Shown piece after piece: positions 43,053 through 52,410 of a DNA stretch of 64,000 nt. This DNA comes from Nostoc sp. DedSLP01 (lineage in GTDB: Bacteria; Cyanobacteriota; Cyanobacteriia; Cyanobacteriales; Nostocaceae): positions 128,001 through 192,000 of the forward strand of contig JAVRCJ020000003.1 of the NCBI GenBank assembly GCA_034530875.2, given 5' to 3'. The first letter of the stretch is position 1. The number at the start of each line of letters is the position of its first letter. A program made the position numbers and the translations under genes. A model generated the notes under the pieces. The model ran no database searches. It saw only the letters and a program-made list of their open reading frames with translations, and was not told where the DNA came from.

Positions 43053-44273
43053 TTACTTCTCCTTTGATTCCTCTCTCATCCCTTCAAAACGCAAAAAATG
43101 CACCCTACCTGATTCTTCTCCTGCCACAATTGTCATGCGATCGGGTGCAACTGCACAGCAATTAATGGAACTTTCGCCTGTGAAGGTGGCAATGACCTCC
43201 ACTGTTGCCAGATTCCAGACTTTGAGGGTGTTGTCATCAGAGGCAGAAATCACCTGTTGCCCATTGGGGGTGACGGCGACGGCATTTACCGAGTAACTAT
43301 GACCATTGAGGGTGAATAGTTCCTCCCCTCTTGCCAGATTCCAGACTTTGAGGGTGTTGTCATCAGAGGCAGAAATCACCTGTTGCCCATTGGGGGTGAC
43401 GGCGATGGCATTTACCCAGTCACTATGACCCTTAAGGGTGAATAGTTCCTCCCCTGTTGCCAGATTCCAGACTTTGAGGGTGTTGTCAGAGGAAGCAGAA
43501 ATCACTTGTTGCCCATTTGGGGTGACGGCGACAGCATTTACCGAGTAACTATGACCCTTAAGGGTGAATAGTTCCTCCCCAGTTGCCAAATTCCAGACTT
43601 TGAGGGTGTGGTCATCGGATGCAGAAATCACCTGTTGCCCATTGGGGGTGATGGCGATGCCTTTTACCCAGTCACTATGACCAGTGAGGGTGAATAGTTC
43701 CTCCCCAGTTGCCAAATTCCAGACTTTGAGGGTGTTGTCAGAGGATGCAGAAATCACCTGTTGACCATTGGGGGTGACAGCGACGGCATTTACCGAGTCA
43801 CTATGACCAGTCAGGGTGCGGAGTAAGCGTCCCCCTGGTGGCGTTAAGCTTGGGGTCAAGGGACGCAGCCAAGCAGTAGCTGTCTTTTGCTTTATCTGTG
43901 TTAATAATGCCTGAATCTCCTCTGATGCTTTCTGATGTAGTAACCTTCCGTATAATTGAGTTGCTAACTGTTGCTTATCTGTTACTAAAATATGCCCTGA
44001 TAGTCTTAATGCTCCTTGAATCAATTTAAGGCTTTTGACTTTTTTAGGGTTATTTAATGCTTCTGCATCATCAATCAAATCATAATCTTCAATTAGCGCC
44101 TGTACCCCAAACTCAGGATGATTAATCTTTGCCGTTAAAAATGCAAAATCAGTCAGCGTTTGATAATATTTTTCTAAATTTCCCGAAATTACCAAATTAT
44201 AAGGAAACCTGCCCAGAAAAGCTTTGCGGGAGTAGGATTTTTTTCCTCTTGATTTCTTCTCAGTCTTCGTCAT
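43053..44273 (-). CDS. Helical (APAF1-C-like) domain plus WD40 repeat protein
   Basis: N-terminal LTDF.FL.AKI...GVQALIEDY...WLRPLTPSLTPPGG; five GH..WN repeats and one divergent terminal blade; ATG 44273 overlaps the upstream gene's 3' end by 14 bp. Confidence 0.92.
   Translation of the reverse strand: MTKTEKKSRGKKSYSRKAFLGRFPYNLVISGNLEKYYQTLTDFAFLTAKINHPEFGVQALIEDYDLIDDAEALNNPKKVKSLKLIQGALRLSGHILVTDKQQLATQLYGRLLHQKASEEIQALLTQIKQKTATAWLRPLTPSLTPPGGRLLRTLTGHSDSVNAVAVTPNGQQVISASSDNTLKVWNLATGEELFTLTGHSDWVKGIAITPNGQQVISASDDHTLKVWNLATGEELFTLKGHSYSVNAVAVTPNGQQVISASSDNTLKVWNLATGEELFTLKGHSDWVNAIAVTPNGQQVISASDDNTLKVWNLARGEELFTLNGHSYSVNAVAVTPNGQQVISASDDNTLKVWNLATVEVIATFTGESSINCCAVAPDRMTIVAGEESGRVHFLRFEGMREESKEK
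43203..43817 (-). repeat. Five near-identical 126-bp intragenic WD40 repeats
   Basis: Recurring TTCCAGACTTTGAGGGTG...GCAGAAATCAC.TGTTG.CCATT at a 126-nt period. Confidence 0.95.
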
Positions 44274-45711
44274 CTTCGTCGTTCTCCCGTTCCCAGTAAT
44301 CAACAATCCGTTGATTCACCTCTTTAATTAGCTGACGCTTTGTATCCAAAATTGGTTTTGATTTGAGAAAATCTAGAAAACTAGCATGGTAGATGCTGTA
44401 ACAAGTGTCTTCATCTATTGTTTGTTGCTTTAAATATTCAAACCACTTATTTAAAATTTGTTGCACCTCATATTCATCTTCCTGGGCAATATCAGCAATC
44501 ATCTCACAAGGAATCGGCGTACCAATTTCTACTAAAATATACAGGATAATCACCATAATTTTATTAGGTGCAGAATCCATCTTCATCCGCACCCAATGAG
44601 TTTGATAATATTGCTGAAGACCATCTGGTAATTGCTTTAAATTAAAATCATTATATTCACCTTTAGCAATTCCCGGTAAGACATACCGCAAGTACATGAA
44701 ATTACTTTCACTTTTTGCCGCTACCTGCTCAACAAAAGCCTCACGGTTGATATTGCGGTCTTGAATCCACTTGAGCAATCCGGCTTTATAATCTACATCA
44801 TCATTGAGAAAAAAGCTAATATATTCTTGAATATCATCACGATTGTCTTTATTATATCGGCTTGCGTTTAAATCTAACTCTACCTGCTCGACACCTTCAG
44901 TATATAATCGCTTTTTACCCGGTTCATAGCGTCGCCTCGTCAGCAAAAAATAAACTTTATCTGGCAGAGTCTTAGGCAAATATAAGATATTTTCTCCCCC
45001 TGGTGCTTGCTCTACTTCATCCAACGCATCAATTACAATTACCAAGGGTTCATTCTTAGGAATTTTGCTACTAGCTTTAATTAACAAAGCTGATAAATCA
45101 TCATTATCGGCATTTTCTAAGTGATAGCGGTTAATTAGCTGCTGACGAATACTTTTGAGAAACAATTCTGGGCGATTGTTTCTTTCTTGCAAAACATTAA
45201 AGTAACAAATGGCTTTATTTTCATCAATATACTTTGCAGCTATAGCACTTTTCCCCATCCCCGCATCCCCGATTACCGTAAAATAACCTTTGGAATATTT
45301 ATTCAAGAAATCTTTAAAAGCATCAAACACAAATTTACGTCCGCAAAACGAGCGAATCTTTTCTTGAATGAGTACTTCAAACTCTGTGGAAATTTTTGAG
45401 GATGTAACAGGGTTAACAACTGGTATATTTTTATTTAATTGATAATAAGTTTCCTTCATATAAGTTCGCAAAATTTCAAATTTTCCTGCTCCTTGCTGCT
45501 TTGTCAGGTCAGGACAGCTAACTTGAAATTTTTTGTAGATACCTGCAAATCTACTTTTGACGGTAGCTTCAGTTATGTTGAGGTCTGAAGCAATCTTTAC
45601 TTGATTAATTTGTGCGTCTTCTTTCGGTAGTGCAGCTAATAAAGTTTCTTTCTGCTCAGGTGACAAACCGTGTCTACCTGCCTCTTGACTCAGAAAATCT
45701 CCCCAATCCAT
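44260..45711 (-). CDS. N-terminal HTH plus NACHT/STAND-type P-loop NTPase
   Basis: HTH-like QVKIASDLNITEATVKSRFAGIYKKF; FCGR; Walker A GDAGMGKS; Walker B VIVIDALDE; LLTRR; C-terminal YSIYHASFLDFL. Confidence 0.87.
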   Translation of the reverse strand: MDWGDFLSQEAGRHGLSPEQKETLLAALPKEDAQINQVKIASDLNITEATVKSRFAGIYKKFQVSCPDLTKQQGAGKFEILRTYMKETYYQLNKNIPVVNPVTSSKISTEFEVLIQEKIRSFCGRKFVFDAFKDFLNKYSKGYFTVIGDAGMGKSAIAAKYIDENKAICYFNVLQERNNRPELFLKSIRQQLINRYHLENADNDDLSALLIKASSKIPKNEPLVIVIDALDEVEQAPGGENILYLPKTLPDKVYFLLTRRRYEPGKKRLYTEGVEQVELDLNASRYNKDNRDDIQEYISFFLNDDVDYKAGLLKWIQDRNINREAFVEQVAAKSESNFMYLRYVLPGIAKGEYNDFNLKQLPDGLQQYYQTHWVRMKMDSAPNKIMVIILYILVEIGTPIPCEMIADIAQEDEYEVQQILNKWFEYLKQQTIDEDTCYSIYHASFLDFLKSKPILDTKRQLIKEVNQRIVDYWERENDEDDED

Positions 45712-45784
45712 TAAAATGCTTCCAAAGTCAATTTAGCAAAAATTATAACCGATTTGTTGCTTTTATTTCATGATTTTACTTATC

Positions 45785-45852
45785 TCTACCTTGAATAGAC
45801 CTTAGTTCTACGTCTCTTATATCTACTTTAATTAGGCCTATATTTATACCTT
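45785..45852. promoter_or_regulatory. Phased direct-repeat array (candidate operator) in the divergent spacer
   Basis: TCTACCTT 45785, TAGACCTT 45796, TCTACGTC 45807, TCTACTTT 45822, TAGGCCTA 45833, TATACCTT 45845. Confidence 0.5.
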
Positions 45853-45942
45853 CATTAAACTTAAGCCTTAAAAAAGAATGACACGATAAAAGTGTGGATA
45901 AAAACTACAAAAAATATTGAATAAAAATCAAGGCAGGTAATT

Positions 45943-46236
45943 ATGGCTGTTAATTCTAGAAATACAACACAAAGAAATCACAACAGTAATAATATGAAAC
46001 AGGAATTGATGCAAGAATTATTACGCCAAGCTAAATTAACGTTTAACCTTGCTTTGAGTGTCACCGCTGCTTCTGCCATGATGACGTTAGGCGGTGTAGG
46101 ATTGCTCTATTTCAACAAAGTTTCTGAAGCCAGTCTCACAGCTGGAGGCGGCGCACTGGCTACTATCACCAGCGTTCAACTCGCCAAGCAAACCAAAGAA
46201 GAATTATTGGAGATTATAGAAAAATCAAATGGTTAA
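45943..46236 (+). CDS. Small 2-TM protein resembling the cyanobacterial TRADD-N-associated membrane domain
   Basis: ELLRQAKLTFNLAL, then two hydrophobic/Gly-Ala segments (GVGLLYFNKVSEASLTAGGG) and a charged tail; family recalled, not searched. Confidence 0.65.
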   Translation: MAVNSRNTTQRNHNSNNMKQELMQELLRQAKLTFNLALSVTAASAMMTLGGVGLLYFNKVSEASLTAGGGALATITSVQLAKQTKEELLEIIEKSNG

Positions 46237-46320
46237 ATTTAGAAAAGATGTAGCGATTATCCCTAAAATAATCTCAAACATGGAACAATTGCCTACCCGT
46301 TTCAACTTCTAAACTCAACT

Positions 46321-46551
46321 TTGACCTTCTGAGGCTCGACGTTGACCTTTTGAGGCTCGACGTTGACCTTCTGAGGCTCGACGTTGACCTTCTGAGGCTC
46401 GACGTTGACCTTCTGAGGCTCAACATTGACCTTCTGAGGCTCGACGTTGACCTTCTGAGGCTCGACGTTGACCTTTTGAGGCTCAACTTTGACCTTCTGA
46501 GGCTCGACGTTGACCTTCTGAGGCTCGACGTTGACCTTCTGAGGTTCAACT
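46321..46551. repeat. 11 tandem copies of a 21-bp unit
   Basis: TTGACCTTCTGAGGCTCGACG x11 with a few recurring variants; no spacers. Confidence 0.97.
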
Positions 46552-46603
46552 GCGGCAATATTAACACCAATTTAATTAATGATGGCAACACATCTTTGGG
46601 TCA

Positions 46604-46627
46604 AGATGCGATTCATCGCGTCTCTAC
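46604..46627. repeat. REP-like palindrome
   Basis: AGATGCGATTCATCGCGTCTCTAC. Confidence 0.55.
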
Positions 46628-46870
46628 AAATGGTCTATTTGTCGGTGTTGCATTATTGTGGGATGATTTTGGAATTTGCATCAACCATAATCCCTGGGTT
46701 CACGTGTCTACGTGTCCCCGTGTCAGGCTCAATCATCCCCTGATTCAGCAACGCCCTTTTTTCTAATGGGTATAACCTTGCAACCACATACATGCTTGGA
46801 TTTTTCAAGATGGCCGTGTATGGTATAGAAATGTATAGAATCTTGAAAAGATATAAAATATAGTTTTTAA

Positions 46871-47587
46871 ATGCAAACCTTTTCAGCATCTTCCTCAATG
46901 CAGCTGTCTGTACCACCAAAACACTTGCAGCCAAGAAAGATTGTCGCACTGGGAGACAGCTTAATATATGGATTTGGCGACCCGGAAAAAGGCGGTTGGA
47001 TTGAGCAACTACGGCGCTGGTGGATGTTGCCGGATAGTGCGGGTCACGTTCTTTATAATTTAGGGGTCAGGGGCGATTGCACGCAACAAGTAGCCCAAAG
47101 GTTAGAAGTTGAATTTCGCCATCGCGGTGAACTGCGAAATCGGGTTCCCGACTTGATTATTTTATCAGTAGGCGTCAACGATTCAGCGCGTTTGGCGCGT
47201 CCTGATGGGCGAAGTTACACAGATTTCAACGTCTTTGAAAAGGAAATCGCTTCTCTGTTGGATTTGGCACAACAACTCTGTCCTGTGTTATTTGTCGGCA
47301 TGGTGCCAGTAGATGAAGCTAAAATGCCATTTTTAGATTGTTTTTACTATAATCATGCAGATCAGTACCGCTACAAAGAAGCAACGCGCATCGCTTGCGA
47401 TAAACGGCAAATTCCTTATTTAGATATTTTTGATATATGGATGGAACGCAGTGAAGCTTGGCGACGCAAACGTTTGAGCGATGACGGACTTCATCCCAAT
47501 ACACTAGGTTATCAAGCCTTGTTAGAAGATGCCATAAATTGGGATGCCATTGCAAATTACCATTCTCTAGATTTGATTGCTACCTGA
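46871..47587 (+). CDS. SGNH/GDSL hydrolase
   Basis: GDSL, NLGVRG, GVND, DGLHPN. Confidence 0.95.
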   Translation: MQTFSASSSMQLSVPPKHLQPRKIVALGDSLIYGFGDPEKGGWIEQLRRWWMLPDSAGHVLYNLGVRGDCTQQVAQRLEVEFRHRGELRNRVPDLIILSVGVNDSARLARPDGRSYTDFNVFEKEIASLLDLAQQLCPVLFVGMVPVDEAKMPFLDCFYYNHADQYRYKEATRIACDKRQIPYLDIFDIWMERSEAWRRKRLSDDGLHPNTLGYQALLEDAINWDAIANYHSLDLIAT

Positions 47588-47694
47588 AACGATACCAATG
47601 TTAGATTTTAGATTGCAACTCTACTGTGCTGACAGCGCAACTTGGATTTTGAATTCAAGCAAAAATCCAAAATCTAAAATCTAACACTACTTCT

Positions 47695-48129
47695 ATGACA
47701 CCAACTTTACTTGGTCGCTGGCAAACTCGATTATTATTACTTGCAACCGTAGGCGTACTCGTATCTTTACCCTTTGCAATGGGTTTGATTGGTTCTGGCG
47801 CTAACTCGGTTTATTTTTGGATACTTGGTTATGTCGCCATTTTTGGTTTAGGTTGGGATGTACTTTATAATTATCTGCAAAAATTTCGCTGGGACAGAGA
47901 TTGGCCAGCAGCTTATCAACTTTTAGCTGGTATTTGGGAATTATTCTTTGTGTTCTGTGGAATTAAAGTATTTGGCTTTTTACCAATACCTTTACCGAAA
48001 GAAGAACTGTCACCAACAGATTTTTTGCTGCACTATAGCGTTGTGTGGTTAGCAGTTTTTATTAGTTCGCAAAGCCTGATGCGAATTATATTTATGCGTT
48101 GGCGTTTTCGGGGTGGAGAGTGGTTGTAA
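47695..48129 (+). CDS. Hypothetical membrane protein
   Basis: MTPTLLGRWQTR...RWDRDWP...RWRFRGGEWL with about 4 TM segments. Confidence 0.75.
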   Translation: MTPTLLGRWQTRLLLLATVGVLVSLPFAMGLIGSGANSVYFWILGYVAIFGLGWDVLYNYLQKFRWDRDWPAAYQLLAGIWELFFVFCGIKVFGFLPIPLPKEELSPTDFLLHYSVVWLAVFISSQSLMRIIFMRWRFRGGEWL

Positions 48130-48233
48130 TTCATAATTCGTAATTGATAATTAGTCATTTTTGAAAGTCAGATTGGATGTACGTTTGTAAATACTTGTAT
48201 TTTTAGTCTTGTCTTAAAGCAATTTTCACCAGA

Positions 48234-48264
48234 GTAGGGCTGTACAGCTAGCTGTACGCCCCTA
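48234..48264. repeat. GTAG-type REP-like palindrome
   Basis: GTAGGGCTGTACAGCTAGCTGTACGCCCTAC. Confidence 0.55.
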
Positions 48265-48475
48265 CCTTTATATATTCACTTTAATACCAGTCAGAAGTCA
48301 GCAATAGAGCCAGGAAGATTCTATCTGACTTCTTCTCTATAGAAGCCGAATGAAGACTATTTTCGGGTTCTACCTGGAAATTAGATTTTTTGCTGGGCGA
48401 AACAGATGAAGTACTTTATACTTTTTACACATCCTCTGAAAATTTCCAATTTTAATTTCTACTGAAGAAACTAGA

Positions 48476-49765
48476 ATGTCAAATTTTGATTTAGTTATTA
48501 AGCTTTTTCTGCAACTCACAGTAATTTTAGCTACTTGTCGCATCGTTACGATTTTAGGACGCCGCTATCTTGGTCAAACGGATGTTGTTTGCGAAATGAT
48601 AGCAGGTGTGATGTTAGGGCCATCACTTCTAGGTTTGATTGCACCAGATTTTCAGCAATGGCTATTTCCTAAGCTACCGATTATCACTGCTTTAGGAGAC
48701 AAGATACCCAATCCATCGATGTCGATTTTATATGCTATCAGTCAAATTGGATTAGCAATTTATATGTTTTTGGTTGGTCTAGAGTTCAACACAAAACTCT
48801 TGAAACACCATATTAAAAGTGCAGGTTTATTATCTGCGGCAGGAATTATTACTCCTTTTGTCTTAGGAGCGATCGCTTCTTTTTTCTTATATCACAATGA
48901 CAATTTCTTTCAACCAAAAGTACTGCCTTGGTCAGCCGCTTTATATCTAGGCGCGTCGATGACAATCACCGCTTTTCCAATGTTAGCTCGCATTATTTAC
49001 GAACGCGGACTTGCACAAACTCGCTTCGGTACTTTGGCTTTAGGCGCAGCATCGGTAGATGATGGAGTTGCTTGGTGTTTGCTGGCGATCGTTCTTGCTA
49101 GCGTAAAAAATTCTATAAATATCGCCATCTTAGCAATTGGTGGTGGCATTTGCTACGTTCTATTTGCTATTTTTATCGGGCAACGTCTACTTAAAGTCTT
49201 TACCCATATAACAAAACGCGATGCAGGTGTGAATAGACAAACCCTGACTTTATTGTTGATAGTTTTGATGTTTTGTACGTGGTTTACTGATATCACAGGT
49301 ATCTATGCAATATTCGGTGCATTTGTGTTGGGAGCAATAACACCACGCGGGGAATTTGCTCAACAAATTCGCCAATATACAGAGTTTTTCACAACTTCTT
49401 TTTTACTGCCGATATTTTTTGTCTTTTCTGGATTGAATACCCAAATCGGATTAGTCAACACACCTTTGTTATGGGGAATCACTCTGTTAATTTTAGCGAT
49501 CGCAATTCTCGGTAAAGGTATTGCTTGTATGTTAGCAGCTAAATTAGCAGGAGAAAATTGGCGCGAATCAGCAACTATCGGCGCTCTAATGAATGCTCGG
49601 GGTTTAATGGAGTTAATCATCCTTAATATTGGCCTCGAACAAGGTATAATCACCCCCACTTTATTCACTATTATGGTTATTATGGCTGTGGTTACTACAC
49701 TTATGGCATCACCGTTAATTGCCTTCTTCTTGAAAGGTACAAGTTACGATAAATTTCACGTTTAA
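48476..49765 (+). CDS. Cation:proton antiporter (CPA2)
   Basis: EMIAGVMLGPSLLG, TAFPMLARI, SVDDGVAW, LMNARGLMELI. Confidence 0.93.
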   Translation: MSNFDLVIKLFLQLTVILATCRIVTILGRRYLGQTDVVCEMIAGVMLGPSLLGLIAPDFQQWLFPKLPIITALGDKIPNPSMSILYAISQIGLAIYMFLVGLEFNTKLLKHHIKSAGLLSAAGIITPFVLGAIASFFLYHNDNFFQPKVLPWSAALYLGASMTITAFPMLARIIYERGLAQTRFGTLALGAASVDDGVAWCLLAIVLASVKNSINIAILAIGGGICYVLFAIFIGQRLLKVFTHITKRDAGVNRQTLTLLLIVLMFCTWFTDITGIYAIFGAFVLGAITPRGEFAQQIRQYTEFFTTSFLLPIFFVFSGLNTQIGLVNTPLLWGITLLILAIAILGKGIACMLAAKLAGENWRESATIGALMNARGLMELIILNIGLEQGIITPTLFTIMVIMAVVTTLMASPLIAFFLKGTSYDKFHV

Positions 49766-50172
49766 GCACGTCTATTCTAGATAGAAGATTAAAAATTAAT
49801 TACTGGCATCTAACTATAGTAAAGCGTTATTAACCGTAGCAAAGCGTTTAGTAGGTTAAGAGTTATTTACCCTAATCTCTTACTCTGCGGTAAGCTAAAA
49901 CTATATCTCGTGAATCTCTGCGATCTGCCATTAACAGCACTTAAGATGACAAATAAGTGCAAACTAACTTTGAGTATATCTAGCAAACTTGACTTAATAA
50001 TTTCCAATTAAAAAATCAATCTTTCAAGCTGATAAATTGATTTATTTAGCTAGCAATCGCTGAATATTGAATTTCTAGTTTTTGTAGTCGAGCGCCAAGA
50101 GCAGGGGTTGACATTTTTCAGTCTCTGAAACAATTATCTTAGGAAAACCAGATAGTTACTTTTGAGGAAACC

Positions 50173-52410
50173 ATGCACACAGTTGTTTTCGTTCTGGTTG
50201 AAGTTCTTATTGTTATTGGACTTTCACGGCTAGTAGGGCTAGGATTTCGTTCTATTAAGCAACCGCTAGTAATTGGTGAAATTGTTGCTGGGATTATGCT
50301 TGGGCCATCTTTATTTGGCTTAGTTGCTCCCCATCTAGCAGTTACTCTATTTCCACCAGAAACTATTCCTTTTTTGAATGTTTTGTCTCAGGTGGGACTA
50401 ATATTTTTCATGTTTCTGATTGGACTAGAACTAAATCCAAAATACCTCAGCGGTCAACTAGAAGTGGCAGTTTTAACTTCTCATGTCAGTATTTTGGTGC
50501 CTTTCTCCTTAGGAACATTACTAGCGGTAGTGCTTTATCCCTTGGTTTCCAATGCTAGTGTCTCGTTTACCGCCTTCGCTTTATTTTTAGGGGCGGCGAT
50601 GTCGATTACTGCCTTTCCAGTGTTGGCACGAATCATTACTGAGAGTAACTTACAAGGAACGCGCTTAGGAACATTGGCGTTAACTTGTGCGGCGGTAGAT
50701 GATGTGACAGCTTGGTGTGTATTAGCAGTAGCTATTGCTGTTGCTCGAACTGGTGATTTTGCTGGTGCAGTACCGACAGTTATTGAGAGCATAGCCTACA
50801 TCGGCTTCATGCTGACGGTAGGACGTTGGATACTTCAAGGTCTTGCCAAACATTATCAGCGTGCGGGACGCCTCAGCCAATTGGTGCTAGCTGGGATTTA
50901 TATGGGAGTGGTTGCATCTGCATTAATTACCGAACTGATTGGCATTCACTTAATTTTTGGGGCATTTTTACTGGGAGCAGCAATGCCCAAAAATGAAGAT
51001 TTAGTGCGGGAATTGGCAGTAAAAACCGAAGATTTTGTCTTGATATTCTTGCTGCCGATATTTTTTGCCTACAGTGGTTTGCGGACGCAGATTGGCTTGC
51101 TCAATCGTCCAGAATTATGGCTGTTGTGTGCATTGGTTTTAGCAGTAGCGATCGCAGGTAAATATTTTGGCACTTATATAGCGGCTCGTGTTAGTGGTAT
51201 CAATAAACGCGAAGCCTCGGCACTCGGTTGGTTAATGAATACGCGCGGCTTAACCGAGTTGATAGTACTAAATATCGGTCTCGAGTTAGGAGTAATTTCT
51301 CCCTTAGTATTTACCATGCTGGTGATTATGGCACTGGTAACTACATTTATGACTTCGCCACTGTTGGAATGGACATATCCGAAAAAGCTAATCAGGTTAG
51401 ATGTTGTAGAACCTGAGTTAAAACCAGAAACCAATATCCGTTTAGATACACAAGATAGTACTGTTGAAGATGAAACTTATACTCGTTCCTACCGGATTTT
51501 GGTACCAGTAGCTAATCCGAATACCCAAAAAGGTTTGGTACAGTTGGCAGTAGCCTTGGCGCAGCCAGCCGTAGATATCGCTTTCAACCATCGCCAGTCG
51601 GCTGTTGTGCATCCCCTCAGCTTGATTGAATTTCAAGAAGACTATGCCTTTGAAAGCACTCCTGTGGAAGCAGACCGCTTAATTACCCAACGCCGCCAGC
51701 AGCTAGAAGAATTAATTAATACTCTCGAACCTCCAGAAATACGCTCTTGCGTCCATCCCATCGTTCGCACATCTAGTAATGTTGCACGAGAAACAGCTCA
51801 GATTGCTTTACTAGACCAAGTTGATTTAATTCTCGTAGGATGGCATCGCCCGGCCTTTAGTAGCAACCGCTTAGGAGGGCGAGTTGGTCAAATTCTTACT
51901 ACTGCGCCTGTGGATGTAGCCGTGTTTGTAGACCGGGGAAGCGATCGATTAGAAAGCTTGTTAGTACCTTATTCTGCAAATATCCACGATGACTTAGCAT
52001 TAATACTTGCTTTGAGATTGCTAATTAACCATGAAACTTGTATGTTGCAGGTTTTACACGTTTTACCAGAAAATCACCTCAAGGATGAATTGAGTTACGA
52101 ACTGGGCATGATGATGGAGCAATTACCGAGTAGTGTACGCGATCGCATAGAAATCAAAGTTGTCCAAGCTCTAGATCCCATCCAAGCCGTAGTTGAAGCC
52201 TCAAAAAATGTAGACCTGACAATTGTCGGCACTAGCCGCACTTGGGGTATTGAGCGTCAAACATTAGGAAGATATACAGATCAATTAGCCATACAATGCA
52301 GTTCCTCTCTACTGATTACCCGCCGTTACAGCCAAGTTACTGCTCATCTGGCTTCCGTGCTGCCAAAGATTAGCAATCAACAGTCAACAACTCAAGAGTT
52401 GAGATTATGA
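50173..52410 (+). CDS. Cation:proton antiporter (CPA2) with C-terminal USP-like domains
   Basis: TAFPVLARI, AVDDVTAW, LMNTRGLTELI; RILVPVANP...APVDVAVFVDRG. Confidence 0.93.
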   Translation: MHTVVFVLVEVLIVIGLSRLVGLGFRSIKQPLVIGEIVAGIMLGPSLFGLVAPHLAVTLFPPETIPFLNVLSQVGLIFFMFLIGLELNPKYLSGQLEVAVLTSHVSILVPFSLGTLLAVVLYPLVSNASVSFTAFALFLGAAMSITAFPVLARIITESNLQGTRLGTLALTCAAVDDVTAWCVLAVAIAVARTGDFAGAVPTVIESIAYIGFMLTVGRWILQGLAKHYQRAGRLSQLVLAGIYMGVVASALITELIGIHLIFGAFLLGAAMPKNEDLVRELAVKTEDFVLIFLLPIFFAYSGLRTQIGLLNRPELWLLCALVLAVAIAGKYFGTYIAARVSGINKREASALGWLMNTRGLTELIVLNIGLELGVISPLVFTMLVIMALVTTFMTSPLLEWTYPKKLIRLDVVEPELKPETNIRLDTQDSTVEDETYTRSYRILVPVANPNTQKGLVQLAVALAQPAVDIAFNHRQSAVVHPLSLIEFQEDYAFESTPVEADRLITQRRQQLEELINTLEPPEIRSCVHPIVRTSSNVARETAQIALLDQVDLILVGWHRPAFSSNRLGGRVGQILTTAPVDVAVFVDRGSDRLESLLVPYSANIHDDLALILALRLLINHETCMLQVLHVLPENHLKDELSYELGMMMEQLPSSVRDRIEIKVVQALDPIQAVVEASKNVDLTIVGTSRTWGIERQTLGRYTDQLAIQCSSSLLITRRYSQVTAHLASVLPKISNQQSTTQELRL

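Noticed and set aside
44260..44306. Frameshifted single NACHT-WD40 pseudogene
   Set aside because: The junction has an in-place ATG with upstream GGGAG, an acidic tail on one protein and a basic head on the other, which fits two coupled genes. A homolog comparison would settle it.
46274..46766. ORFs 46274-46591 (-) and 46350-46766 (+) as proteins; the array as CRISPR
   Set aside because: The ORFs result from a stop-free 21-mer and lack good starts; the repeats are contiguous with no spacers and no cas genes.
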